Origin: Candidatus Colwellbacteria bacterium
Lineage (GTDB): Bacteria > Patescibacteriota > Minisyncoccia > UBA6257 > Colwellbacteraceae
Length of the DNA: 64,000 nucleotides
Assembly: GCA_016176525.1 (NCBI GenBank)
Contig: JACOWZ010000003.1
Span: 320,001 to 384,000, forward strand
Direction: 5' to 3'
Positions 28,765 through 38,586 of this stretch are shown here, in pieces (position 1 is the first letter of the stretch; every line of letters begins with the position of its first letter). The notes below the pieces were generated by a model, which saw only the letters and a program-made list of their open reading frames with translations, had not been told where the DNA came from and did no database searches. A program made the position numbers and the translations under genes.

Positions 28765-28839
28765 TTTACCTCACCTTTTTTGTTTGTAAGGAACAAGTCC
28801 TTCTACTTTTATATTTACCAGATTTTGGGATTTTGTCAA
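28765..28839 (-). promoter_or_regulatory. promoter + boxA-like + SD leader (copy D)
   Basis: Minus strand: TTGACA...TGGTAAAT...GTTCCTTACAAACAAAAAAGGTGAGGTAAA-GTG; the -10 box is less clear than in the other copies. Confidence 0.6.
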
Positions 28840-28841
28840 AC

Positions 28842-28882
28842 GGCAATTTTTGTTGCCATGTGGCAATATTTTGTTGCCATGT
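28842..28882. repeat. tandem pair of short palindromic units
   Basis: GGCAATTTTTGTTGCCATGT followed by GGCAATATTTTGTTGCCATGT. Confidence 0.7.
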
Positions 28883-28902
28883 GATTTTTGAAGTTTTGGT
28901 TT

Positions 28903-28944
28903 GAAATATTCAATATGCCAATCGGGTGGCGTATTGAATATTTC
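28903..28944. repeat. 18-bp inverted repeat with 6-nt spacer (left boundary of R-M island)
   Basis: GAAATATTCAATATGCCA-ATCGGG-TGGCGTATTGAATATTTC. Confidence 0.75.
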
Positions 28945-29015
28945 TAAGGCGTTTTACGGTCATTTCCGTTATGTTAGAAAATCCCTAAAATAGGTCAGGA
29001 TTTGGGGTATAATAT

Positions 29016-31853
29016 ATGGTATCCATGAATAAAGAACAAAAATTTTACAGCATTTTGAAGGACTTGTTTGTCGGCGCTAAATTGGAAGGCGATAGCGGGT
29101 ATGTCAATTTGATGAATATCAAGACGGATTATTTTAATAAAATCCGAGAGAGAATAAAAAAGGAAGTGAAAGCCACATTTGGCGAAGACCAGCCGGAAGA
29201 TCTCTTTGATAAACTTTATACATTTTTTGACTCTTATTTTTCCGATGGTGGAGCAATTTTCTTTTCCTCAACGCCAGTTTATAAAAATATTTACGCCAAA
29301 GTATATTCCGACCGCGAGGATACGGCTTTATTTTGGAAAACCGCAAAGTTGTATTATGTAAAATCCGAAGCAAATTATAAAACGATAGAAAACTTATCAA
29401 TTGATTCTGATCCAGAAATTGCTTTTGATTTTGCCTTTGACGCTTCGTTTTTAAAACACAAGCAAGCCAATGAGAAAAAAGAGCTGGAATTTTATTTTAT
29501 CGGCACACAAAAGAGGGGCGGGAAAAAGATTGTCAAATTCCGCGTTCTTTATAAAAACGATAATAAATACACAAAACTTCAAGAAATTTTAAAAATCAAA
29601 GACAAAGCCAAAATCATTAAACATCTTTTGGAGAATATAGAAAAATTAAAAAACTCTAAAATCGTTTTATTAAATTCCGGCTTTGATTTTTCCAAATCGA
29701 GCGATAAAGGAGCGAGAGATAAAGCCAAAGTGGAATTTATCGTTTCAGATAATAAGGATTTGAAGGGAAGTGTATCAATTGAACCGACAATTTCAGAAAC
29801 TGGAGAAATTGAAAAATATTTAAAGTTGAAAAGTATAAATTTAAGCTCGGAAGAAATAGAAAAAGCGTTTAAAATTTATAAAAGGCAAACTGAAATTGAT
29901 TATTTTATCCATAAAGACGCGAAAGGATTTTTGCGCGAGCAGTTTGACTTATACATGTACCAGCATTTGGCGGGCAGTATGGATACTGTTTTTAATCAAG
30001 AATCGCTGGATAGAATAAAGAAAATAAAAGACATCGCACATTTGACGATTGATTTTATCGGAAATTTTGAAGATGAGCTAAAAAAGATTTGGTTGAAACC
30101 GAAATTTGCCAGAAATTCCAATTATGTCTTGACGCTGGATAGAATTGCCGACAAAAAAGGCGGCTTGGAAATTATCGTCAAAATTTTGAAATTTAAAGGA
30201 TTTAATAATCAATTTGCCGAATGGCTAGAGCTTGGAATTGTTGATAAAAAATTTAATCCGAAAGAAATCATAAAGAACGAGAAGCTAAATAAAGATTGGC
30301 AATTTTTACCGATTGATACAAAGCATTTTAAGGATTTGGAGATTGAAGTTATCGGCCTTTTTGATAATTTGGACGAAGCGTTGGACGGACGGCTTATAAA
30401 ATCTGACAATTTCCAAGTATTAAACACACTCTTACCGAAATACAAAGAGCAAGTACAGACAATTTACATTGATCCACCGTTCAATACCGGAAAAGATTTT
30501 GATTTCGTTGATACTTTTCAGGATTCAACATGGCTAACTTTAATGGATAATCGAATAGAATTTTCAAAGTCATTTTTGAAAGATGAGGGGAATTTTTATC
30601 TTCACCTCGATCATATCGCTGAACACTATGCAAAAATACTTTTGGATAAAAATTTTGGACCAGATAATTTTAAAGCAAAAATTACATGGAATACTGGCGA
30701 TAACATTTCAGGCTTCAAATCCCAAGCATTAAACTGGATTCGACAAGCTGATTTTATTCATTTTTATTCAAAAAGTGAGAAATATCTTTTTTACAAGACT
30801 TACGAATTATTAATAAAGTCAAATGCTTTTGGTTGGTTAGATATTTTAGGGAAAGACAAAGATAACCTGTTTATAGAAAAATGGGTTAATGGCGTTTTTG
30901 AGAGAATTAAAGTTGATAAAAAAGTTAAAGCCAAGGGTACAATTTGGAATGACATTTATTCTTTTCAATACTCCGAGCCGCGAATTACTGAAAGTTTGTC
31001 TTTTGTTAGTAATCAAAAACCAGAAAATTTAATCAGGAGAATTGTGCAGGCATCTTCAGAGCCAAAGGATATGGTCTTTGACTTTTTTGTCGGAAGCGGA
31101 ACCACTTGTGCTGTATGTCAAAAAATAAATAGAAAATGGATCGGTGTAGAAATGGGTGATTTTTTCAATGAAATTTATTTAGATGAAGTTGAGATAAATA
31201 AGAATGGTAGTACTAAAACTTCTGCAGAAGAAAAGGGAGAAGAAAATATTGAAAAAATAGATATAAAAAATAACCCAGCGATAGTTAAAATTTTGTCGGA
31301 AACAAAATCAAAAGCTAAAGTTGTTATGAAAAAGATAGGTGTATTAGGTAGGATGAAAATAGTTTTGAAGGGAGATAAAGAGTTTAAAGCTATACATAGC
31401 CCAGTTATTAGAAAACCTCATTTGTCAAAAGACATGAATTGGCAGGGTGGCGGATTTTTCAAGTATTATGAATTAGAGCAATACGAAGATGTCTTGAAGC
31501 GCGCAAACTATAATCCAACTGAAAAAGAATTACAAAAGATTGATTTTGATTTTTCCGCCTTGGAAAATGGAGCAAAAGCGGAAAGGAAAAAACAAATTGA
31601 CGAGGTTTTTTCTTTGTCAGAAAAACTGGCGGATAAGGGATTGGAAATTGATTTAAAAAAAGAGAAAGCGCGATTTGTTTTTGAAAAGTTATATCCCGAT
31701 GTTGATATTGCCGAAACCATTTCCAATCTTTTTGGCAAAAAAATCAAAAAAATCAGCAAAGACAAAATTATCTTTGAAGATGATTCAGAAATTGATTTAA
31801 ACAATCTTGATTTTGCGAAATACGCTCCGCTGAAAAAACTTATTTATTGGTAG
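29016..31853 (+). CDS. mod: type III R-M methyltransferase (Mod), long form
   Basis: IYIDPPFNTG, QKPE.LI.RI, DFF.GSGTT, GGG.FKY.EL; beta-class motif order. Confidence 0.9.
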   Translation: MVSMNKEQKFYSILKDLFVGAKLEGDSGYVNLMNIKTDYFNKIRERIKKEVKATFGEDQPEDLFDKLYTFFDSYFSDGGAIFFSSTPVYKNIYAKVYSDREDTALFWKTAKLYYVKSEANYKTIENLSIDSDPEIAFDFAFDASFLKHKQANEKKELEFYFIGTQKRGGKKIVKFRVLYKNDNKYTKLQEILKIKDKAKIIKHLLENIEKLKNSKIVLLNSGFDFSKSSDKGARDKAKVEFIVSDNKDLKGSVSIEPTISETGEIEKYLKLKSINLSSEEIEKAFKIYKRQTEIDYFIHKDAKGFLREQFDLYMYQHLAGSMDTVFNQESLDRIKKIKDIAHLTIDFIGNFEDELKKIWLKPKFARNSNYVLTLDRIADKKGGLEIIVKILKFKGFNNQFAEWLELGIVDKKFNPKEIIKNEKLNKDWQFLPIDTKHFKDLEIEVIGLFDNLDEALDGRLIKSDNFQVLNTLLPKYKEQVQTIYIDPPFNTGKDFDFVDTFQDSTWLTLMDNRIEFSKSFLKDEGNFYLHLDHIAEHYAKILLDKNFGPDNFKAKITWNTGDNISGFKSQALNWIRQADFIHFYSKSEKYLFYKTYELLIKSNAFGWLDILGKDKDNLFIEKWVNGVFERIKVDKKVKAKGTIWNDIYSFQYSEPRITESLSFVSNQKPENLIRRIVQASSEPKDMVFDFFVGSGTTCAVCQKINRKWIGVEMGDFFNEIYLDEVEINKNGSTKTSAEEKGEENIEKIDIKNNPAIVKILSETKSKAKVVMKKIGVLGRMKIVLKGDKEFKAIHSPVIRKPHLSKDMNWQGGGFFKYYELEQYEDVLKRANYNPTEKELQKIDFDFSALENGAKAERKKQIDEVFSLSEKLADKGLEIDLKKEKARFVFEKLYPDVDIAETISNLFGKKIKKISKDKIIFEDDSEIDLNNLDFAKYAPLKKLIYW

Positions 31854-31856
31854 TTT

Positions 31857-34763
31857 ATGATAATCTTACAAAAAATAATTGAAAATAAGCAGGAAAACTT
31901 GGATGTTCCCCAAGAATGGATTTACCGAGATTTAAGTAAATTCGGTTTGGATTGGGAGCTCTTTCCGTACCAAAAAAAGGCGTTAGAAAATATAACTGCC
32001 GTCTTGTATTTGCTTTACAAAGATTTCAAGCAAAATAATGACTCGGCTTTAGGTAGAAGCAAACAAGAATTTTTGCAGTTGTATCGTGATTTCGGTTTAA
32101 CGCAAGAATTAAATGATCAGCTTGATATTAAAGAAGAAAACGAAAATTTTAAATTTTTATCAAACTATTTCCCAGCCGGCACTCGCATTTCATTTCAAAG
32201 TTTTATAAACCGCGCCGCCTTTTGGATGGCGACCGGAAGTGGCAAGACTTTGGTTATGGTAAAACTTTTGGCGATTCTATCCGATTTAATGAATAAAAAT
32301 TTAATTCCGCACAAGGATATTTTAATTTTGGCTCCGAAAGACGAAATTTTATCCCAAATTAAAGAGCATATAAACAAATTCAATAAGGGTGCGGAAATAA
32401 CAATAAACCTTAGGAATTTGAAGGAGTGGGAAAAAATAAAAAATCAACAGGATATTTTCAATAAGAGTGAAATCAATGTTTTTTATTATCGGGCGGACAA
32501 TATAGCCGACAAAGAAACGATCGCAAAGAAATTAAACGGTTCAAGAATAAATTACGAAAGCATTTATAACAACGGAAATTGGTATTTGATTTTGGACGAA
32601 GCGCATAAAGGAGAAAAAGAAACTTCAAAAAGACAGCAATATTTTATGGCACTTACACAAAACGGATTTTTGTTTAATTTTTCTGCTACTTTTACAGACG
32701 ACTTGGATATTGCCACGACAGTTTTTGACTATAAGCTGGATACCTTTTTGAAAGAGGGCTACGGAAAAAAATTATATATTGCCGATTCCGATTTTAGGAA
32801 TTTTAATGAAGGGATGGACGATGATTTTTCAACAAATGAAAAGAAAGATATTATTGCCCAAACTTTGATTATTTTTGCTTTGGCTAAGGAGCATTTTCAT
32901 AAAATGCAAACGATAAGAAAAAATTTATACCACGCCCCCCTCTTGATAACTTTGGCTAATAGCGTCAATACGGAAGAAGCGGACTTAAAAATTTTCTATA
33001 AACTTTTAGCCGAGATTGCACGAGGAAAATTCAATTTTGAGGCGGCAAAAAACAATTTAGTCGCAAAGTTAGAAAATAACAAAGGTTATTTATTCGGACT
33101 TGGCGATATAGATCAAAATTTAATTTCTGAAATCAGGAATTTGAAAAAAGCAAACTTTTTTAAAGCAGTTTTTAATTCGGGAAATCAGGGCAATATAGAG
33201 ATAGTGAAATTCAGAGATAATTCAAGGGAGCTTGCTTTCAAGTTGGTTGGCGCAAGTAAATATTTTATGCTTATTGTCGCGAGCGATATTATCAAATGGG
33301 AAAGTAATGTTTTGGAGGGATACGAATTCGGGCGAGTTATTGGAGAAAGTTTTTTTGACGACATAAACAAAAGAAATGACATAAATATTTTGCTCGGAAG
33401 CCGAATCTTTACAGAGGGTTGGGACACAAACCGCCCTAATGTGATTAACTTTATCAATATTGGCGTAAGCGATGACGCAAAAAAATTTGTTTTACAATCA
33501 ATTGGACGTGGCGTAAGAATTGAGCCGACTATCAATCAAAGAAAAAGATTTGAATATTTAGATAATTTGCTTTTTTCAAATTCAGAGGTTGAAAAGATTA
33601 AAAAAGAAAACAATATTTTGGAAAGTTTGTTTGTTTTCGCCACCAATAAAGAAGTGGTAAAAAATATTCTGGAAGGATTGGAAAAACAGGCCAATCCGGA
33701 TTGGATCCAGATAGAAGGAATAAAGAAAAATGAGGGAATAAATGAAAAAGAACTGCCGATTTTCGTACCATTTTTTGAAGACGGCGGAGTAAATAATAAG
33801 CCATTTTGGATTGGGACAAATGAATATGGCGAACTATCTCAACTCGTTCAAAAGAACGGCCCAAAAGTGCTTTTATTGAAGCAAGGGGTAAAATTGAGAA
33901 CTTTCAATAAAATAAGCAATAAAGACAATTTTAAGACCGGAGAAAGAAGAAGAAAGAAATCAATTGAGAGCATTCTGTTTATTTCAGATAACTACTTCAA
34001 CGAGAATGTAAGAAAATTAAGTGGAGTAAAAATTTTAGACGGCGAAATTTTGCATTACAAAGAGGTCAAAACAAACATTGATAAAACCGAAGTTGAGAGA
34101 TTGGAAAAAGACATTTTGAAAATTATCAAACCAAGATTGACTGAAAAAGAAATAGATAAAATGTTTGATGAGGGAAAAATTGACAGAAATAAATATAAAG
34201 AATTGATAAAAGATGTCGCTGACAGTAAAAATCTGGATATTTTGAGAAATTATTTAGATTTTGAAATTTTAGAGGAGCATTACTATACTCCGATTTTGTT
34301 CAAACAAGATACAGAGCGGTTTCAGCACATTATAAAAAAGCAGAGCGAAATTGATTTTTTGCACGCCCTGAAAGAATATTTAACACAAGATAATAATCTA
34401 CTGAAAAATTTTGATTGGTGGTATTTTTCAAAAATTGACGAAACGATAGACAGGGTTGGTATTCCTTATTTTAATTCGGAAAGAAGCCAATACGATAATT
34501 TTTATCCGGATTTTATCTTTTGGCTTAAAAAAGGCAATAAATATTACCTAAAGTTTATTGATCCTCACGGCGTTGAATATACGACTAACTCTGCCGACAA
34601 GATTGACGGCTTCATTGATTTTATGGATGATTTAGATAAGATTGGAAACAAGAAACTTGAAAAAGTTGATTTGTATTATTTCAACGAGCAACAGCCGAGC
34701 AGAGAAATAAAAGAAGAATACAGAAGATATTGGACGAATGATTTTACTAAAATTTTTGTTTAA
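31857..34763 (+). CDS. res: type III R-M restriction subunit (Res)
   Basis: MATGSGKT, LDEAHK, FSATF, EGWD, Q.IGRG.R helicase motifs; FYPDFIFW...FIDP nuclease domain. Confidence 0.9.
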   Translation: MIILQKIIENKQENLDVPQEWIYRDLSKFGLDWELFPYQKKALENITAVLYLLYKDFKQNNDSALGRSKQEFLQLYRDFGLTQELNDQLDIKEENENFKFLSNYFPAGTRISFQSFINRAAFWMATGSGKTLVMVKLLAILSDLMNKNLIPHKDILILAPKDEILSQIKEHINKFNKGAEITINLRNLKEWEKIKNQQDIFNKSEINVFYYRADNIADKETIAKKLNGSRINYESIYNNGNWYLILDEAHKGEKETSKRQQYFMALTQNGFLFNFSATFTDDLDIATTVFDYKLDTFLKEGYGKKLYIADSDFRNFNEGMDDDFSTNEKKDIIAQTLIIFALAKEHFHKMQTIRKNLYHAPLLITLANSVNTEEADLKIFYKLLAEIARGKFNFEAAKNNLVAKLENNKGYLFGLGDIDQNLISEIRNLKKANFFKAVFNSGNQGNIEIVKFRDNSRELAFKLVGASKYFMLIVASDIIKWESNVLEGYEFGRVIGESFFDDINKRNDINILLGSRIFTEGWDTNRPNVINFINIGVSDDAKKFVLQSIGRGVRIEPTINQRKRFEYLDNLLFSNSEVEKIKKENNILESLFVFATNKEVVKNILEGLEKQANPDWIQIEGIKKNEGINEKELPIFVPFFEDGGVNNKPFWIGTNEYGELSQLVQKNGPKVLLLKQGVKLRTFNKISNKDNFKTGERRRKKSIESILFISDNYFNENVRKLSGVKILDGEILHYKEVKTNIDKTEVERLEKDILKIIKPRLTEKEIDKMFDEGKIDRNKYKELIKDVADSKNLDILRNYLDFEILEEHYYTPILFKQDTERFQHIIKKQSEIDFLHALKEYLTQDNNLLKNFDWWYFSKIDETIDRVGIPYFNSERSQYDNFYPDFIFWLKKGNKYYLKFIDPHGVEYTTNSADKIDGFIDFMDDLDKIGNKKLEKVDLYYFNEQQPSREIKEEYRRYWTNDFTKIFV

Positions 34764-34781
34764 AGAAGATAATATAGGATT

Positions 34782-35087
34782 TTGACCCAGATAATTTTAA
34801 TTATTATAAGCATCGCTATCGTAATTTTATTACTACATAGGAGAAGTAGAGAAAGTATTGTCGGAATTTGTGCCGTGGCGCTGGATCAGACGATTCGCAA
34901 GAATGCGAACAAAGAGAAAATCCTTAAGCTTCTTACGAATAAGGAAATGGTGTCAAATTCAGACATTCGTGAGGCGTTGGGGATTGCGAGTAGAACGGTT
35001 GTTAGGTATATGGATGAGTTGGAGAAAGAAGATAAAGTAGAGCAAGTCGGCACTATAGGTCACCAAGTAACTTACAGGTTAAAGTAG
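34782..35087 (+). CDS. small protein: N-terminal TM + winged helix-turn-helix
   Basis: SNSDIREALGIASRTVVRYMDELEKEDKVEQVG..G..V.Y. Confidence 0.75.
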   Translation: MTQIILIIISIAIVILLLHRRSRESIVGICAVALDQTIRKNANKEKILKLLTNKEMVSNSDIREALGIASRTVVRYMDELEKEDKVEQVGTIGHQVTYRLK

Positions 35088-35090
35088 AGG

Positions 35091-35116
35091 CAATGCGCCA
35101 CTCAGGTGGCGCATTG
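35091..35116. repeat. palindromic site (right boundary of R-M island)
   Basis: CAATGCGCCA-CTCAGG-TGGCGCATTG, 21/26 identical to 28911-28936. Confidence 0.7.
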
Positions 35117-35154
35117 AGAACTTTATTAGCTTTGAGCATGCTACAATATAAAGC

Positions 35155-36627
35155 ATGAAATCGGATGAATTATCAGAGCGTGAATCCCGCATAAAAAAGC
35201 GCGAGGAGCTTATAAAAGCAGGGGTTAATCCATATCCATATAGTTTCGCACGCACGCACGAAGTTGCGGATATTGTTGCCAACCAAAAGCAATTTGTCGA
35301 GAATCAAGAAAATGTGAGTGTTTGCGGCAAGGTTTATGCGGTGCGCGAGCATGGCGGCTCCATTTTTTACACACTCGCGGACGAGAGTGGCAAAATTCAG
35401 CTCTATGCAAAGCGGGATGATTTGGGCGAGAAAAAGTTTGATCTGTTAAAAGACTATATCGGCATTGGCGATTTTTTGGGTGCAGAAGGCGAGGTGTTTT
35501 ACACAAAAAAGGGTGAGTTGAGCGTTAAGCTAAAAAGTTTTGAGCTTTTAGCAAAGGCATTGATGCCCTTGCCCAGCGAATGGTATGGCATAAAAGACAC
35601 AGAAAAAAGATTCCGCCAGAGGTATTTGGATATTCTTTTAAACGAAGATGTTAAAGATAGATTTATTAAACGCGTAAAGATAGTGGATGCAATACGCGGT
35701 TTTTTACGGGAGAAAAAGTTTTTGGAGCTGGAAACCCCGATTTTGCAGCCAATCTACGGCGGCGCGCGCGCAAAGCCGTTTACAACCCGCTACGAATCCC
35801 TTAAGCGCGATTTTTACCTGCGAATTTCAGACGAGCTCTACCTTAAGCGCGCGCTTATTGCCAACTTTGAGCGAGTGTTTGAATTCAGCAGAGATTTTAG
35901 AAACGAGGGCATTGATGCCTCGCACAACCCCGAGTTTACGATGATAGAAATTTACCAGGCTTATGTTGATTACGAGTACGTAATGGCCTCTACCAGAGAG
36001 CTGTTGCTTGAGGCAAACCTCGCGGCTGGCAATGGCGAAAAAATAAAATGGGGAGATAAAGAAATTAATTTGAATGGCAAGTGGCCTACAGCAACTATGG
36101 GCGATTTACTAAAAAAACATACCGGTGAGGATTTAATAAACGCCTCGCAGGAGGAGCTTGCAAAATACGCGCGCAAAGAAAAACTGGATGTGCCTAAAAA
36201 AGCTTCGTGGGGGATGCTCGTTGACGAGATTTTTAAGGATAAAGTTGAGCCGCACTTGGTAGACCCTATATTTGTTGTTGACTACCCGCTAGATATCTCG
36301 CCACTTGCAAAAACGCATCGTAAAAACGAGAAGCTTACAGAAAGATTTGAGCTCTACATAGGCGGCAAAGAGATTGCAAACGGCTTTAGCGAGCTAAACG
36401 ACCCGGTTGAGCAAAGGCGCAGATGGGAGATGGAGCGCAAAAATCTAAAGAGCGGCGATGAAGAGGCGCACCCGATGGACGAAGACTTTTTGCTCGCGCA
36501 AGAGTATGGCATGCCGCCGGCAGGGGGCGTGGGCATAGGCATAGACCGGCTTGTAATGCTCTTAACAAACGCAACAAACATTCGCGAGGTTATAATGTTT
36601 CCGCAATTGAAAACTAAAGAAAAATAA
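35155..36627 (+). CDS. lysS: lysine--tRNA ligase, class II
   Basis: RQRYLD, YGGA.AKPF, LRIS.ELYLKR, FRNEGID..HNPEF, GMPPAGG.GIGIDRL. Confidence 0.97.
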   Translation: MKSDELSERESRIKKREELIKAGVNPYPYSFARTHEVADIVANQKQFVENQENVSVCGKVYAVREHGGSIFYTLADESGKIQLYAKRDDLGEKKFDLLKDYIGIGDFLGAEGEVFYTKKGELSVKLKSFELLAKALMPLPSEWYGIKDTEKRFRQRYLDILLNEDVKDRFIKRVKIVDAIRGFLREKKFLELETPILQPIYGGARAKPFTTRYESLKRDFYLRISDELYLKRALIANFERVFEFSRDFRNEGIDASHNPEFTMIEIYQAYVDYEYVMASTRELLLEANLAAGNGEKIKWGDKEINLNGKWPTATMGDLLKKHTGEDLINASQEELAKYARKEKLDVPKKASWGMLVDEIFKDKVEPHLVDPIFVVDYPLDISPLAKTHRKNEKLTERFELYIGGKEIANGFSELNDPVEQRRRWEMERKNLKSGDEEAHPMDEDFLLAQEYGMPPAGGVGIGIDRLVMLLTNATNIREVIMFPQLKTKEK

Positions 36628-36628
36628 G

Positions 36629-36769
36629 ATGGACAAAAAATCTAAAATATTAATTTGGGTTTTTGCGGCGTTTGTTGCCCTATCCGCATCTTTTGCCTTT
36701 TATAGATTTATAGTGTTACAGGATTTTCCGATACACACAGATGAAGAAGCTTTTATAGAATCTCTATGA
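36629..36769 (+). CDS. 46-aa single-TM protein coupled to the kinase gene
   Basis: Not in ORF track: MDKKSKILIWVFAAFVALSASFAFYRFIVLQDFPIHTDEEAFIESL; ATGA overlap with the next gene. Confidence 0.65.
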   Translation: MDKKSKILIWVFAAFVALSASFAFYRFIVLQDFPIHTDEEAFIESL

Positions 36770-38487
36770 GTCCACAAATACAAAATTTTATAGACTTGTG
36801 CGGATGGGGCGCTTCAAGGTTCTTGATTTTCTCCCAAAACATTGACGGGCTTTTAGTTTACTATTCGCACCTAATGCCGCTAATTCTCGCTTTGGCACTC
36901 GGCGTATTTGTATACCTTAAGAACAGAGAGTCTCTAGCTTCTAGATGGCTTTTTGCAGCTATGCTTTTAACCTCTGTGTGGCTCTTTTTTGACCTTATTT
37001 TGTGGGCAACGGAAAAACCGGCATTTGTAATGTTTTTCTGGACTCTGGTAAATATTGTTGAGCCATTAATATATGTATCATTACTCTTCTTTATCTATGC
37101 ATTTATTTCAGGCAAAGATATTCCGTTTAAAAGGAAGGCGATTATTTTTGCGCTTCTTTTGCCCATAGTAGTGCTCGCGCCAACGACCAATTTGGGCCTG
37201 GAATCTTTTGATTTATCTAACTGCGACCGCAACGCAGTTGAGGGGCCGCTTACTTTTTATGGATACACCCTTGAGTTTGTCTTGCTTTTTTGGGTTATTA
37301 GTTTTGGCGTGCGTAGTTTTATGCAGTCACCGGCAAAAGCCGAACGCCAAAGAATAATGCTTGCAATTTTTGGCGCAGCAGCTTTTATGCTTTCGTTTTC
37401 TGCAGGCAACATTATTGGCAGTTTGCTTTTTAACTGGGAGTTGGGCCAGCTTGGGCTTTTTGGCATTCCTCTATTTGTGGCGATTCTCTCTTACTTAATA
37501 GTTGAGCACCAGGCGTTTAACATTAGGGTTATCGGGGTGCATGTGCTCGTTACCGGGCTTATTCTTATCTCCGGAAGCATTTTGTTTATAGAAACGGTGG
37601 AGAGCGTGCGCATTGTGCTAATACCCAGCTTAATACTTATATTTATATTGAGTTATTATTTGGTGCGCGGCGCGGAAAAAATTGAGCAAAGGGAGCAGAT
37701 GGAAGATCTGGCAAAAGATTTGCGAAAATCCAGCGAGCAGATCTACGCTTATTCAAAAGATCTTTCGGATGCAAACGAAAAACTAAAAGAGCTAGACAAG
37801 TTAAAATCCGAGTTCTTGTCTTTTGCCTCGCACCAAGTTAAGGCGCCTATGGCCGTTATCAAAGGCTATGCTTCGCTTGTGCGCGACGGCAATTATGGCA
37901 AGGTTAACACAGAGGTTAAAGAAGTTGCGCGCAAAATCGCGGACTCTGCAGACAGAATGATAGAGCTTGTAAACAACCTGCTTGATATGCGTAAAATTGA
38001 AGCCGGCAAAATGGAATACGATATGAAAAAAACCGATTTGGTGGATATGACAGAAGACATTGTAAATGACCTGCGCCCGCTTGCAGACGAAAAGAAACTG
38101 GATTTGTCTTTTGAGTCGCAGGTTCCTTTTGCAAAAGCGGTTGTAGACCCGATTAAATTTAGGCAGATTATATTTAACTTTGTAGAAAACGCCATAAAGT
38201 ACACGCCTAGTGGCTGGGTTAAAGCGCAGGTTTTAGAAGATGCGCAGAGGCCGAGCAACCTTGTGGTAAAGGTTGCAGACACCGGCTTGGGTATTGCGCC
38301 CAGCACAATTACCAAGCTTTTTCAGGAGTTTAACCGCGGGGACCGAGCACACAAAGAGATTAGAGGCACTGGTTTAGGTTTATTTATTGCCAAAAAGATT
38401 GTAGAAGACCACGGCGGCGAAATTTGGGCGGAGTCTGACGGCGAAGGCAAGGGTAGCACGTTCTACGTTAGTGTGAAGAAGGCCTAG
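36766..38487 (+). CDS. multi-TM sensor histidine kinase
   Basis: About 9 TMs, ASHQVKAP H-box, NAIKYT, DTGLGI, GTGLGL, GKGSTF. Confidence 0.92.
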   Translation: MSPQIQNFIDLCGWGASRFLIFSQNIDGLLVYYSHLMPLILALALGVFVYLKNRESLASRWLFAAMLLTSVWLFFDLILWATEKPAFVMFFWTLVNIVEPLIYVSLLFFIYAFISGKDIPFKRKAIIFALLLPIVVLAPTTNLGLESFDLSNCDRNAVEGPLTFYGYTLEFVLLFWVISFGVRSFMQSPAKAERQRIMLAIFGAAAFMLSFSAGNIIGSLLFNWELGQLGLFGIPLFVAILSYLIVEHQAFNIRVIGVHVLVTGLILISGSILFIETVESVRIVLIPSLILIFILSYYLVRGAEKIEQREQMEDLAKDLRKSSEQIYAYSKDLSDANEKLKELDKLKSEFLSFASHQVKAPMAVIKGYASLVRDGNYGKVNTEVKEVARKIADSADRMIELVNNLLDMRKIEAGKMEYDMKKTDLVDMTEDIVNDLRPLADEKKLDLSFESQVPFAKAVVDPIKFRQIIFNFVENAIKYTPSGWVKAQVLEDAQRPSNLVVKVADTGLGIAPSTITKLFQEFNRGDRAHKEIRGTGLGLFIAKKIVEDHGGEIWAESDGEGKGSTFYVSVKKA

Positions 38488-38586
38488 ACTTGATAAAGAG
38501 GCGGAAATTGATTACTATACTGGCTGGTTTTTCGTTATAATATAAAGTAACAACGTAACCAGATAACCACATAACTAAGTAACAAA

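Noticed and set aside
28133-28789. 218-aa Gly/Leu/Ser-rich ORF on the + strand
   Set aside because: Antisense shadow of the Pro/Ser/Glu linker; the minus-strand gene has the signal peptide, peptidase motif, promoter and SD.
20006-28839. Accessory cassettes as an integron array
   Set aside because: Genes are in both orientations with their own promoters, no integrase is present, and I could not find paired attC core sites.
29016-31853. Phase-variable mod (phasevarion)
   Set aside because: No simple-sequence repeat tract was seen and the frame is intact.
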